A stretch of DNA of 63,617 nt, the filler included, from Deltaproteobacteria bacterium (GTDB lineage: Bacteria; JAUYMQ01): assembly GCA_030698575.1 (NCBI GenBank). It is 12 parts of 12 records of this genome, joined end to end, with 100 filler letters (N's around TTAATTAATTAA, not from the genome) between each part and the next. Parts side by side here need not be neighbours in the genome. Positions count along the whole stretch, not along the records: positions 11,083 to 13,951 come from JAUYMQ010000523.1; positions 14,052 to 20,382 come from JAUYMQ010000524.1; positions 20,483 to 26,599 come from JAUYMQ010000530.1; 9 more parts are not named here. One strand, written 5' to 3'. The notes below the pieces were generated by a model. The model was given only the letters and a program-made list of their open reading frames with translations, did no database searches and was not told the DNA's origin. This document shows, piece by piece, positions 11,144 through 22,914 of the stretch. The position numbers were made by a program, and so were the translations under genes. Position 1 is the stretch's first letter. Every line of letters begins with the position of its first letter.

Positions 11144-11599
11144 ATGAAGATGGGGGACAAGCTGCCGTCGCTCGACGGGGCGGGAGTGTCCTGGCTCGAT
11201 GACACAGCCGTGCGCAAAGCGGCCCTCGCGCCCGAGCCCGGCACGGTGCTGCTCGTGCATTTTTTCGCGGTGAGCTGCGAGCAGTGCAAGTCGCAGCTCC
11301 CGACGCTCGTCGAGTGGCGCGACAAAACCTACGCGGGCCGGGTCCAGCTCGTCGGCGTCCACATGCCGCGCTATCCCGACGACGTCGATCTCCCGCGCGT
11401 GAAGTCCGTTGTCGCCGAGTACGGCCTCGCGCACCCCGTCGCCGTTGACGACGAGCACACCATCACCGACCGCTTCGCGAACGAGTTCGTCCCCGCCTAC
11501 TACACCTTCGACGCCGAGCGGACCCTCGTCCACAAGAAGGCCGGCGATACCGCCCTCGGGTTCGTCGAGAAGGCCATCTTGAGGGGGCTTACCCCGTGA
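11144..11599 (+). CDS. TlpA/YkuV-like thiol-disulfide oxidoreductase
   Basis: HFFAVSCEQC CxxC, VGVHMPR, cis-Pro region FVPAYY. Confidence 0.85.
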   Translation: MKMGDKLPSLDGAGVSWLDDTAVRKAALAPEPGTVLLVHFFAVSCEQCKSQLPTLVEWRDKTYAGRVQLVGVHMPRYPDDVDLPRVKSVVAEYGLAHPVAVDDEHTITDRFANEFVPAYYTFDAERTLVHKKAGDTALGFVEKAILRGLTP

Positions 11600-11649
11600 G
11601 GTTCGCGGGGGTCTGACTCCATTATGTTTTTCACGCCTGCCATCGCCGA

Positions 11650-13125
11650 TCAGGGCAGCGGTATCACGTAGCCCGTCACGACTCCGGTCGTGCGGTCCAG
11701 AACACGCGAGCCCTGGGTGGCGTCATTCACCAGAAAAGCCACGGCGCCCACGCAGGCCAGCCCCTCGTTCTTGAACCACACCACGCCCCGCCGGTTGGTC
11801 ATTCCCGAGACCGGCGCGTCCATCCAGTAGTCGTCGAGGAACCGCCCGTTCACCCGGACCCGCCTGAGGGGTTGCCCGGCTTCGTCCACCAGCTCGAGCC
11901 TCACCGTCACGCGGTTCTTCGCGTCCGGCGTGCAGCTTCGGGGATTCTTGCGATCCGAAATGAACCTGCCCCACATCTGGAGGTTGTTCACGCGGATGCA
12001 GCCGGTCGTGCAGGCCTCGCCCGGGGTGAGGCGCACGAGCCGTGGGGACCGGCCGACGAAGACCTGGGTCAGGATCTGCCCCGCGCCGTTCATCGGGCCG
12101 CCATAGGTGGCACCGGCTCCCTGGTAGGCCGGGGACATGAGAGCGGCGAGGGACTGGGCCAGACCGTCGGGACCGTAGGCGATCATCGCACTCCCCCCCA
12201 CCGTGGCGGTCACATCGCCCATGTCCGTGATCGACCCGACGCCGAAGGTCGCGAGATGGCCGGTAGGGATGCCGGAGAGAAGCTGCCAGGTGCCGTCGTG
12301 ATGGAAGCGGAAGAGGTAAGCGAGGTTCTGGGTGCTGGTTGAGACGAGGAAGCGCGCCTGGTCCCCCGTGTCGTTGATCGCCGTCGGATAAGTCGAGGCC
12401 GAGAAGAAGCCCGGCGGGGAAGCCGGCATGGGAACGACGCTGGCCGGATCACCGAGCCGGTACCACGTGCCCGGGGTTGCCACGGCGCCACCGGGGCTGA
12501 TGGCGATGGGCGGCTCGTCCGGGAAGCCCTCGGCGGAGAGATCGACGATGCCGGTCGCCTCGGACCACATGAAGGGCGCGGCGGCGGTCGGGATAGCCCC
12601 CCCGGTCGACGACCAGCCGACCACACGCCCCTGGTCGTCGATGCCAGCGGCATCCGAGCTGGTCGTTCCCGACAGCGTGCCCAGGTCGATGGCATCGTAA
12701 CCGGCGCCGTTCGGCTTCCAGACCACGGCGTGGGTGGTGGTCCCGGGGAAGCCTGCGATCCCGGCCACCCAGCCCTGGGCATTGATGCCCCGGACGTAGA
12801 TGCCCGGGAGTCCGGGCACGCTCGGGAGGACGATCCGCTCACCGCCCCGCCACACGACGGTGTCGCGGGGAGGGAGGCAATAGGGACCGCAGCCCGTATC
12901 GGTATAGGAGGTGCCCGCCACGTCGCCCGCATCGTTCATGGCGACGCCAGTGGCCGTGGTCGAGACGAAATCCGCGACGTACCCCGCGGGTGGCGCGGCT
13001 GCGGCGGTCAGCGCGGAAGAAGCCGGAGACGCCCAGGCGGCGCCGGCGAAAGTCCCGGGAATGACCATGAACGCGAGTCCAAGGATCGCGCCCTGGAACG
13101 CATGGATTGGACGATGGGGGTTCAT
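11650..13125 (-). CDS. Secreted HAF-type extracellular repeat protein
   Basis: Signal peptide; repeats such as GINAQGWVAG, DLGTLSG..SDAAGIDDQGRVVGWS, AINDTG. Confidence 0.75.
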   Translation of the reverse strand: MNPHRPIHAFQGAILGLAFMVIPGTFAGAAWASPASSALTAAAAPPAGYVADFVSTTATGVAMNDAGDVAGTSYTDTGCGPYCLPPRDTVVWRGGERIVLPSVPGLPGIYVRGINAQGWVAGIAGFPGTTTHAVVWKPNGAGYDAIDLGTLSGTTSSDAAGIDDQGRVVGWSSTGGAIPTAAAPFMWSEATGIVDLSAEGFPDEPPIAISPGGAVATPGTWYRLGDPASVVPMPASPPGFFSASTYPTAINDTGDQARFLVSTSTQNLAYLFRFHHDGTWQLLSGIPTGHLATFGVGSITDMGDVTATVGGSAMIAYGPDGLAQSLAALMSPAYQGAGATYGGPMNGAGQILTQVFVGRSPRLVRLTPGEACTTGCIRVNNLQMWGRFISDRKNPRSCTPDAKNRVTVRLELVDEAGQPLRRVRVNGRFLDDYWMDAPVSGMTNRRGVVWFKNEGLACVGAVAFLVNDATQGSRVLDRTTGVVTGYVIPLP

Positions 13126-13400
13126 GGCGTCGTTCCTTTCTGCTTCTGTCCGTTTGTCGTGATCCGAAGATCTTTCTCGATCCCGCGGGTCTCGCGGTAA
13201 CCGATCGAGCGGTCCCGGAAGTTTTCATATCCGTGTTGATGCTCCAAATTATAGTAGCAAGGATCATACCAGCGGATGCCACGAAGGACGCACTCTCGAG
13301 GCTTTCCAAAAAAACGGGTTTCGAGCGCGGTACAGCGCCTGCGAAAAACGCCTGACCCCGCATCGAAAACTGGGGCTTCTCACCCGAATGGCTCAAATCA

Positions 13401-13724
13401 CGCCGGGGGTCTGACCGATACGTGCGGGTGCAATCTCTGCACGTCTGGGGCCTGACCCGTCGCCGGGGGTCTGACCCCACTATTTGAATATCGCGGCCGG
13501 TGCCCCGTCTGCGCTCTTCGGAGAACGGCAACACCAAGCAACATCGAGCAAGAAAGAGAACGGCGGAAACACCTGTGAAACAGCAGCCCCGTCCGGGAAA
13601 CCGGGCGGGGCTCGCTGTTTCGGCGAAACCCACCCCGGGGGGTCAGACCCCTTGAATTGAGCGTCGACACCGGCGCCCGAAGCCCGGAGCAGGACCGGAC
13701 GCTAAATTAAAGGGGTCTGACCCC
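13401..13724. repeat. Cluster of GGGGTC(T/A)GACCCC REP-like palindromes
   Basis: Copies at about 13406, 13447, 13466, 13639 and 13712; related copies at 11121 and 11608. Confidence 0.75.
13577..13621. terminator. Strong hairpin, possible terminator
   Basis: GAAACAGCAGCCCCGTCCGG-GAAA-CCGGGCGGGGCTCGCTGTTTC. Confidence 0.45.
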
Positions 13725-13828
13725 ATTATTTAAATTTGCGAAAACGCCGCCGCCGGGCCATTTTTGGTCGTCCCGAGCGCCCAAAGCCTCCCCCGCGCCA
13801 TCCCCTTTCGCAGACGGAGCCGCGCTGC

Positions 13829-13951
13829 ATGAATCCAAATCCGTTTGATCTCCAGCCCGAGCCTTTCAGGGTCCGTGGCGTCCGCCGCCTGCTCTCGATC
13901 TCGGGGGTGACGCTCATCTTCGCGCTCTATCTCTCGACCCTGCCGCTTCTC
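13829..13951 (+). CDS. Hypothetical membrane protein, N-terminus only
   Basis: GGAG then ATG; hydrophobic segment running into the spacer. Confidence 0.45.
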
Positions 13952-14248
13952 NNNNNNNNNNNNNNNNNNNNNNNNNNNNNNNNNNNNNNNNNNNNTTAAT
14001 TAATTAANNNNNNNNNNNNNNNNNNNNNNNNNNNNNNNNNNNNNNNNNNNNCCGCGGTTTCGCTCCCCGCTTCTTTCAGCGACGGCCTCGCGACCTCCGC
14101 CTTACGGTTTGCTTGGGTCCCCGCGACCAGGTTCCCGGAGGACTTGCACCTCCAAGTCGAAGCCCATGCTGGGCACACAAGAGAACGGGCGCGACAGAAA
14201 GCCGCGCCCGGTTCACACTGCGTATCAAGGATCAAGGATCAGAATGGA

Positions 14249-15454
14249 TCAGTGACTTTGCTCCGCCAGCCAGCGCTCGGCGTCGATGGCCGCCATGCAG
14301 CCGGTGCCCGCAGCGGTAACAGCCTGCCGGTAGCGAGGGTCCATTGCATCCCCGCTGGCGAAGACTCCCTCAACGCTGGTGTAGGAGGTCCCACCTTCCA
14401 CCCGGATATAGCCCACGGGATCCATGTCGAGTTGCCCTTTGAAGAGATCCGTATTGGGCCGGTGCCCGATGGCGACGAACAGCCCCTGGGTCGGGTACTC
14501 GGATATTTTGCCTGTCTTCAGATTCTTCAGCTTCGCCCCCGTGACGCCTCCTTCAGGCGTGCCCATCACCTCTTCCACCGCGCTGTCCCAGACGAAGGCG
14601 ATCTTCTCGTTCTTCATGGCGCGCTCCTGCATGATCTTGCTCGCGCGGAGCTCGCCCCGCCGGTGGACCACGATCACCTTGGTCGCGAATTTGGTGAGGA
14701 ACAGCGCCTCCTCCATGGCCGTGTCGCCGCCGCCCACGACAACGACTTCCTGTCCACGGAAGAAGAACCCGTCGCAAGTGGCGCAGGCCGAAACCCCGTG
14801 CCCCATCAGGCGCTTCTCGCTATCGATTCCCAGCAGCTTGGCCGATGCGCCCGTGGCGATGATGAGGGCGTCGGCCATCAGCCGCCCCTCGTCGCCGATC
14901 TCGACGCTGAAGGGGCGTTTCGACAGATCGACCTTTGTCGCGTCTCCCGCGAGCACCCGGGTGCCGAACCGGAGCGCCTGTTTGCGGAACAGTTCCATCA
15001 TCTCCGGACCCTGAATGCCATCCGGAAAACCGGGATAGTTTTCAACGTCCGTTGTGATGGTCAGCTGCCCGCCGGGCTGCGACCCTTCGATCACGAACGG
15101 CGAGAGTTCCGCCCGGGCCGCGTAGATTGCGGCGGTCCATCCCGCCGGACCCGTTCCGAGGATGGCCACGCGAACGTGTTCCTCGCGCCGCGCCTTCCTG
15201 CTGATTTTCAACATGGGGTCGAGCTTGCCGGAGACGTCGAGCGCGTGGAGCTCGTCGTAGCCTCCGACGTGAACACCGTCGATGAAGATCTGGGGAATAG
15301 TCATGAGCTGCGACCGCGCGATCATCTCATCCTTCTTCTCGGGATGATCGTGGATGTTGAACTCCTCGAAGGAAACGCCCTTCGATTCGAGCAGCCGCTT
15401 GGCGTTCGCGCAGAATGGGCATCCGTAGCCGGTATACATCTCGATGCGTGGCAT
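14249..15454 (-). CDS. trxB: Thioredoxin reductase with N-terminal glutaredoxin domain
   Basis: Grx CPFC and [18 protein letters not shown], then [47 protein letters not shown]. Confidence 0.92.
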   Translation of the reverse strand: MPRIEMYTGYGCPFCANAKRLLESKGVSFEEFNIHDHPEKKDEMIARSQLMTIPQIFIDGVHVGGYDELHALDVSGKLDPMLKISRKARREEHVRVAILGTGPAGWTAAIYAARAELSPFVIEGSQPGGQLTITTDVENYPGFPDGIQGPEMMELFRKQALRFGTRVLAGDATKVDLSKRPFSVEIGDEGRLMADALIIATGASAKLLGIDSEKRLMGHGVSACATCDGFFFRGQEVVVVGGGDTAMEEALFLTKFATKVIVVHRRGELRASKIMQERAMKNEKIAFVWDSAVEEVMGTPEGGVTGAKLKNLKTGKISEYPTQGLFVAIGHRPNTDLFKGQLDMDPVGYIRVEGGTSYTSVEGVFASGDAMDPRYRQAVTAAGTGCMAAIDAERWLAEQSH

Positions 15455-15637
15455 CGTCCTCGATCCGTCCTTTCTGGATGGCGGGTCTGGATGGGGGGTT
15501 TCGGCGGCCGGCGGCATGATTCTCATGCCTCGCCGCACAGGCCGCCCTTTAGATGCGCCGCCGGCCCAAACGTTACGGCGCCGCGGCCCCGGGCAGGATA
15601 CGGCCCTGGCCAAAGAAGGCAAGCGCCCCGGCCGGGT

Positions 15638-16744
15638 TCAGCCCGCGGGCAGCGCTTCCGACCGCTGCAGAAAAGCCCGGAGGGGCCGTGGCAGGACGCC
15701 CGGGTCGAGCGCCCCCTGAAAGGTCGGCAGCGCGATTGAGTTGAACGTGTTCCAGAAGAGCAGCGGGGCCGATCCACTCCCGCCGCCGTCCCTGCCCATG
15801 TGGTCCAGTACCGCAGCCAGCGTCTTGCCAGTATAGATCCCCTCGAGCGCGATCCCCGAACCAGCCGCCCGCGCGATGGCCTGTTCCCCCGCCGGCGTCG
15901 GATGCCCGTAACCCCTGCCCATCCAGTTGCGAGGCAGGTCGAGGCGCGCGCGGTCAGCCTTCACGTCGGGGAACGAGGCATCGTGCTTTCGCAAAAAGTT
16001 GAGCGTCTGATCAGCGAGAGCACAAACGCGCCGCGCCGAGATCGGCATCAGATCGTTCACCACCACCCCGAGGACGCGGCTGCGAAGCGCGGTCAGCGAC
16101 AGACCCGCCAGAAGTCCCGCAGCCGTCCCCATCGATCCGACTGGCACCGTGATGATCTCCGGCTCCGGAAGCGCGCCCTCCTGCACCTGCGCTTCCAGTT
16201 CCAGCGCGGCTTCGACGAAACCAACGCACCCGAGCGGTGAGGAGCCCCCCGGCATGACCAGCAAGGGGCGCTTACGTCCAACGCCGGGCAGGAGCCAGCG
16301 CCGCGCTCCGGACAGTGCGGCCCGGGAGGAAGATCCGACGAACTCGACACGGGCGCCGGTGTCGAGGATCCGCCGGAGGGTCTCCAGCACATGGGGCGTC
16401 GGGGGCTGGCCCACGGCGACGAGGATCATCCGGAGCCCGTGCTGCTTGCCGCACAACGCGACCGCCAGCGCGTGGTGCGATCCGATGGCGCCGAAGGTCA
16501 GGACCGTATCGGTTCCCTGTGAAATCGCGTCGGCGAGCAGGAATTCGAGCTTCCGGGGTTTGTTCCCGCCGTAAACCAGGCCCGCGCGGTCGTCGCGTTT
16601 GATCCAGAGTCCGGGGGCGAGGGCATCGAGCGCGTGAACCTCGCTCGGCCGCCGCAAGAGGGCCAACCGCGGGAGCCGACGCTCCAGTGCGGGATACCGG
16701 AGGAAGAGTCCGAACGGCCGGTCCTGCGAGGGTGCGGCGGTCAC
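15638..16744 (-). CDS. D-cysteine desulfhydrase / ACC deaminase family PLP enzyme
   Basis: WIKRDD...YGGNKPRKLEFL, GSMGTAAG, LEGIYTGK. Confidence 0.85.
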   Translation of the reverse strand: MTAAPSQDRPFGLFLRYPALERRLPRLALLRRPSEVHALDALAPGLWIKRDDRAGLVYGGNKPRKLEFLLADAISQGTDTVLTFGAIGSHHALAVALCGKQHGLRMILVAVGQPPTPHVLETLRRILDTGARVEFVGSSSRAALSGARRWLLPGVGRKRPLLVMPGGSSPLGCVGFVEAALELEAQVQEGALPEPEIITVPVGSMGTAAGLLAGLSLTALRSRVLGVVVNDLMPISARRVCALADQTLNFLRKHDASFPDVKADRARLDLPRNWMGRGYGHPTPAGEQAIARAAGSGIALEGIYTGKTLAAVLDHMGRDGGGSGSAPLLFWNTFNSIALPTFQGALDPGVLPRPLRAFLQRSEALPAG

Positions 16745-17154
16745 GGGCCGAAGTCCGTCAGTACTCCCTCGGTGAAAACCAGCGTGGCCGGACGCGTATT
16801 ACCGCCATACTGCCAGTACTCGGTGCCCATCTGCGTGATGGTGAAAACGTTCTTGGGCTCACCCCAGGCCAGCCGGCATTTCTCGCGATCCCAGCCCTTG
16901 ACGACCCGGCCGGCCCGGAGATCGATCTTGTCGCTCTCGGAGGTATGAGGGTGGGAGGCGATGTAGCGCTCGATGTTGTGGGAAAGCCAGAGCTCCTGTA
17001 AGGCACCGCCGCTGTTGCGGACCGTGTCGACGGCGAGGAAGAGCACCACCATCCCGAGCAGGAGGATGATCCTCCGCACCCAGACCCTCCGGCGACCCGG
17101 CTTGGCCCGCCCCGTCAGGGACGGCGCGCCGGGGTATGTGGTCGGCAGCCCCAT
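16741..17154 (-). CDS. Hypothetical membrane-anchored protein (SmpA/OmlA-like C-terminus)
   Basis: TM helix followed by GW..E.CRLAWGEP...EYWQY...LVFTEG. Confidence 0.55.
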   Translation of the reverse strand: MGLPTTYPGAPSLTGRAKPGRRRVWVRRIILLLGMVVLFLAVDTVRNSGGALQELWLSHNIERYIASHPHTSESDKIDLRAGRVVKGWDREKCRLAWGEPKNVFTITQMGTEYWQYGGNTRPATLVFTEGVLTDFGP

Positions 17155-17312
17155 CGCCAGTCCTCGAGATTTCGCCCGGATTGCGTTCACGCTGCGCTAC
17201 GTAGATGACGCAGCGGCCTTCAGTCAGGCTAGGCCCGCGCTCCGCCGCATGTCAAGTTACACGTGCAGGTGTGTAGCGATGAACGGGGCGGGGATCACCG
17301 TTCGCTGAACGC

Positions 17313-17344
17313 AAAATAGAAGGGGCCCCCGCAGGGGCCCCTTC
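17313..17344 (-). terminator. Rho-independent terminator of groESL
   Basis: GAAGGGGCCCC/GGGGCCCCTTC stem followed by TATTTT on the minus strand. Confidence 0.8.
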
Positions 17345-17365
17345 GAGATCCAGCCTGGGTGTGGC

Positions 17366-19048
<1,683 letters not shown>

Positions 19049-19098
19049 TCATTTCGCGGTCCCGCCGCAGGCGGGACGTGTGCAAGAAATCCAGGCTG

Positions 19099-19389
19099 TC
19101 AGTCTTCCAGGACGCCCAGTATGTCGCTCTCGTTGAGGATCAGCCGCTCTTCCCCCTCGACCTTGATCTCGACCCCGGCGTACTTTCCGAAGAGGACCCG
19201 GTCGCCCTTCTTCACGTCGAGTGGTTGCAACAAACCGTTCTTCATACGCTTGCCGGCGCCCACGGCGAGCACCTTTCCTTCCTGAGGCTTCTCCTGCGCC
19301 GAATCGGGAATGATGATGCCTCCCTTTGACTTCTCCTCCTGACCGAGTCGCATGGCAATGACCCGATCTCCCAGCGGTTTGATCTTCAT
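19099..19389 (-). CDS. groS: Co-chaperonin GroES
   Basis: [23 protein letters not shown]. Confidence 0.98.
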   Translation of the reverse strand: MKIKPLGDRVIAMRLGQEEKSKGGIIIPDSAQEKPQEGKVLAVGAGKRMKNGLLQPLDVKKGDRVLFGKYAGVEIKVEGEERLILNESDILGVLED

Positions 19390-19452
19390 CTACCGAACCT
19401 CCTTGAGAGTGCTAGTTGTGAGAATCCTGACGCACTGAGTTGATTGTTAGCG

Positions 19453-20382
19453 TCAGCCTTTGATCGCCGGCTGCGCCCGCTCGGGGGGAGGGGGTAGCAC
19501 GGCTTCGAAAGCGTCGTCGAGCGAATCCACAAACCGGAACTCGAGATCCCTCCGTATGGCCTCGGGGACCTCCACCAGATCTTTTTCGTTGTGACGGGGA
19601 AGGATGACTGTCTTGACACCTGCTCTCTGCGCCGCCAGGACCTTGTCTCTTATCCCGCCCACCGGCAGGACCTTCCCCCGGAGCGTGATTTCGCCCGTCA
19701 TCGCCACGTCGGGGCGAACGGGCACCCCTCGCAGAAGCGAGAGCAGCGACACCGCTATGGTGAGCCCCGCCGAGGGGCCGTCCTTCGGAATACCGCCCGA
19801 CGGCACGTGCACGTGAAGATCCGAGCCCTCGTAAAAATCTCGCGGGACACCAAAGCGCTCAGCGTTCGCGCGAATGTAGGAGAGCGCGGCCTCGGCAGAC
19901 TCTTTCATTACGTCGCCGAGGTTGCCCGTCAACGTGAGGGACTTTCCGCCTTTCATGCGGGTCGATTCGACAAATAGCACTTCGCCGCCTGAAGGCGTCC
20001 AGGCGAGCCCGATGCCCACGCCCGGCTGATCTGTGCGCTCCGAGATCTCCGAGTAAAATTTCTGAGGACCCAGATGCTCGTGGACGGTGCTCTCGTCCAC
20101 ATTAACCTGCGTGGCGGTTCCCTCCGCGACCTTGCGGGCGACCTTGCGGCAGACGGTTCCGATCTCTCGCTCCAGATTCCGGAGCCCCGCCTCGCGTGTG
20201 TAATCGTGGATCACCATCCCCAGCGCGGTGTCGCTGATCGTCAGATTCTCTTCCGAGATTCCATTCTCCGCCAGCTGCTTGGGAAGGATGAACCGGCGGG
20301 CGATCTGGAGCTTGTCGTCGCTGGTGTAGCCCGGAAGTTCGAGCCCCTCCATGCGGTCGCGCAGCGGCGGCGGAATGGTGTG
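19453..20382 (-). CDS. lon: Lon protease, C-terminal part (5'-truncated)
   Basis: PKDGPSAG catalytic Ser; VGGIRDK catalytic Lys region. Confidence 0.95.
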   Translation of the reverse strand, partial: HTIPPPLRDRMEGLELPGYTSDDKLQIARRFILPKQLAENGISEENLTISDTALGMVIHDYTREAGLRNLEREIGTVCRKVARKVAEGTATQVNVDESTVHEHLGPQKFYSEISERTDQPGVGIGLAWTPSGGEVLFVESTRMKGGKSLTLTGNLGDVMKESAEAALSYIRANAERFGVPRDFYEGSDLHVHVPSGGIPKDGPSAGLTIAVSLLSLLRGVPVRPDVAMTGEITLRGKVLPVGGIRDKVLAAQRAGVKTVILPRHNEKDLVEVPEAIRRDLEFRFVDSLDDAFEAVLPPPPERAQPAIKG

Positions 20383-20482
20383 NNNNNNNNNNNNNNNNNN
20401 NNNNNNNNNNNNNNNNNNNNNNNNNNTTAATTAATTAANNNNNNNNNNNNNNNNNNNNNNNNNNNNNNNNNNNNNNNNNNNN

Positions 20483-20650
20483 CAGCGAATCCCGAAAGGC
20501 GAGCACAAGTTCTGGTTCTACCAGTATTTCGCAGCTCCTTATAAGCCCGGCGACGAGAAGAAGTTCAATGACATCGTCGATCATCCGTTGGAGGTGAAGG
20601 CGCAGGCGATGTCGCTGCCGAAAACCGCGGCGATGACGTCGCAGCGCTAG
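20483..20650 (+). CDS. C-terminus of hypothetical protein
   Basis: Open frame QRIPKGEHKFWFYQY...SQR* from the contig start. Confidence 0.45.
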   Translation, partial: QRIPKGEHKFWFYQYFAAPYKPGDEKKFNDIVDHPLEVKAQAMSLPKTAAMTSQR

Positions 20651-21345
20651 ACCTTCGCCATCCAGCCGACCAGGGGCGCCATTACTTTGCAGTGCATGAA
20701 ACAGGCATCGAGCAGCTTGGGTGAGCTGACGGTTGACGCCGGAATGCGCGGAGACAGCGCGTAAAGATTGCCGTGGCGCAGCAGCTCGGCCCGCGGGTGA
20801 TCGGCGGCGTAACCCTGCGGAACCCGCTTGTAGCTCGGCTCGCCGGTCGTGTAGCCGGGTTTCTTCGCGATCGATTCCAGAACTCGCGCAAGCTCCTTGC
20901 CTCGGCGGCTGTCGTCGACCGACTCGCGGTATGCCTTCAGATAATCGGGCGGGAAGCCGTACAGGCCCGCGAAAAGGCGGCCGCCGTCGGCATCGAGATG
21001 GAAGAGAAAGCCCGGATTTTCCTTCTTCGCCTTCCGGTTGCCTTGCCAGAAAAGAATGCCGAGGTAGGTCTTGTAAGGCGTCTTGTGTTTGCTGAATCGG
21101 GTATCCCGGTAGATTCGCTTGACCGAGCCGGTCCCGCTGGTCCGGGGGTCGAAGCGAATGTCACGCGAGAGGCTCCTGAGGCGGGGACCGAGCATCGAAA
21201 CGAACGCCTCGGCCGGCGCGAGGACATTCGCCTCGTACTCTTTCTTGTGCGCTTCGAACCACTTCCGGTTATTGTTCTTTTTGATTGCCTTGAAGAACTG
21301 GAGGGCTTCCTTCGGGAAGCCCGAGAATCGCGGCACGTCACGCAT
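20647..21345 (-). CDS. DUF2461 family protein
   Basis: NNNRKWFEAHK, RIYRDTRFSKHKTPYK, KRVPQGY..DHP. Confidence 0.88.
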   Translation of the reverse strand: MRDVPRFSGFPKEALQFFKAIKKNNNRKWFEAHKKEYEANVLAPAEAFVSMLGPRLRSLSRDIRFDPRTSGTGSVKRIYRDTRFSKHKTPYKTYLGILFWQGNRKAKKENPGFLFHLDADGGRLFAGLYGFPPDYLKAYRESVDDSRRGKELARVLESIAKKPGYTTGEPSYKRVPQGYAADHPRAELLRHGNLYALSPRIPASTVSSPKLLDACFMHCKVMAPLVGWMAKV

Positions 21346-21371
21346 GGGGGACCTCCGTTGCTGGTCCGGGA

Positions 21372-22106
21372 ATGATCTCATCCTCGCCCATCTTTGCACA
21401 CCACCGAGGCGCCCTCAACCGGTGCGCGGGTCCGGGGACATCTGCTCTTGCAGCGGCTCTCGCGGGGGTATTCATCCTGGCGGCTTGCGAGACGCCCGCA
21501 CTGCGATCGCCGCCGGTCCGCGCGCCGCTTCGCGTGGATGGAAGCCGGGTGCCCTCGGTGGCGCTCATCACCTACGCCGGCGAAGTCGATCCCGCGACGG
21601 TGAGCGACGGAACCTTTTGCCCGCACGCGGACCGCGCCCTTTTCGCGCGCTTCTTCTCCGCACCGGAAGACATTCTTTCGGAGGAGATGGAACAGGCCGG
21701 CTATCCGGTCACCGCGATCCCGGCACCTATGGCGGAGAGTGTGGCCGGGGCTTATGCGAGCCGGGTTCGCGTCAGCTTCGTCGGCGGCAGCCGCTGCGAC
21801 ACGCGGGTTCCGCTCTTCGGGGAAGTCCAGACCGAGGATTGCAGCGTCACGGTTCGCGTGACGGTCACCGACGAGACCCCCGCCGGAACGGTACGCCGGG
21901 ACTTCGAGCGCACGGGCGAGTCGTCGCTCCACGTGCCCGTGGACTCTCCGACACTCCCCGGTCCCAGCCCGGTTTGGGAGGCGGCGCTGCGCGACGCGGT
22001 CCGGCAGATACTCGCCGATCGCACCGCCGTGGCCTTCCTGACGGGCCGCGGGAACCTGGTGGCGCCGTTGTCATCACCATCGAGGAGGTGGGCGAGCCCG
22101 CCCTAA
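21372..22106 (+). CDS. Hypothetical lipoprotein
   Basis: Hydrophobic stretch ending in lipobox LAAC. Confidence 0.55.
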   Translation: MISSSPIFAHHRGALNRCAGPGTSALAAALAGVFILAACETPALRSPPVRAPLRVDGSRVPSVALITYAGEVDPATVSDGTFCPHADRALFARFFSAPEDILSEEMEQAGYPVTAIPAPMAESVAGAYASRVRVSFVGGSRCDTRVPLFGEVQTEDCSVTVRVTVTDETPAGTVRRDFERTGESSLHVPVDSPTLPGPSPVWEAALRDAVRQILADRTAVAFLTGRGNLVAPLSSPSRRWASPP

Positions 22107-22345
22107 GTGTCAGAAAATAGTCAGGTTTTTGATCTCCCGGGAGACCTTGTCGGCACGTCACCGCCCATGCGCCTCGTCCATGCGCCGGCCTTCCATTTTT
22201 TCCTTGTCGCCCCTTGACCACCTCCGGAGCCGCCCTTAGGTTCCCCCCGACTTCGAAAGAAACGATCGCGCCGTGGGACACGCGGCGGCAACAAGTCCGG
22301 TACCAAGTCAAGGTCCGGCACCAAGTGAAGAAGGAGGAAGACACC

Positions 22346-22786
22346 ATGGCGTTGACGACCTGGAATTCTATTCACGACCTGTTCGGCATGCCCCGCGAGA
22401 TGGGCAGGTTGCTCGATGATCGGTTCGATCTCCCCAGGGGGATCGGGCCGAGCGCCTCGAACTGGGTGCCGCCCGTGGACATCCACGAGACCGACGCCGG
22501 CTACCAGATTTCCGTCGAGTTGCCGGGCATCAAGAAGGAAGACGTTGTGCTGGAGGTGAAGGACCGCGTGGTTTCAATCCGCGGCGAGCGGCACAGCGAG
22601 AAGGAGATCTCGGAGAAGAATGTTCACCGCATCGAGCGAAAGTACGGATCGTTCCAGCGGGCATTCAAGCTGCCCACGAACATCGACGCGTCGGGCGTCA
22701 AGGCCGCCTACAAGGACGGCGTTCTCGAGGTCACGCTTCCCAAGTCCGAGGACGCGCGGCCGCGCCAGATCGATATAGCAGCCTGA
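22346..22786 (+). CDS. Hsp20 small heat-shock protein
   Basis: WVPPVDIHET, ERKYGSFQRAF, AAYKDGVLEVTLPK; AAGGAGG RBS. Confidence 0.95.
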   Translation: MALTTWNSIHDLFGMPREMGRLLDDRFDLPRGIGPSASNWVPPVDIHETDAGYQISVELPGIKKEDVVLEVKDRVVSIRGERHSEKEISEKNVHRIERKYGSFQRAFKLPTNIDASGVKAAYKDGVLEVTLPKSEDARPRQIDIAA

Positions 22787-22914
22787 CAACGAGCGGGTTT
22801 CCAGACGAGAAGACGGAGCGGGGCTTCAGGTCAGTCCCCTCCGGCTTCCGTCTATTATGAAATTGAACAAGGACTCAAGGACGAGGCCCCGCGGGGCCAG
22901 TGGAGGAGCAGCCA

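Noticed and set aside
13401-13478. Mini CRISPR array (16-bp repeat, 60-bp period)
   Set aside because: Only two short units, part of the REP-like family, and no cas genes
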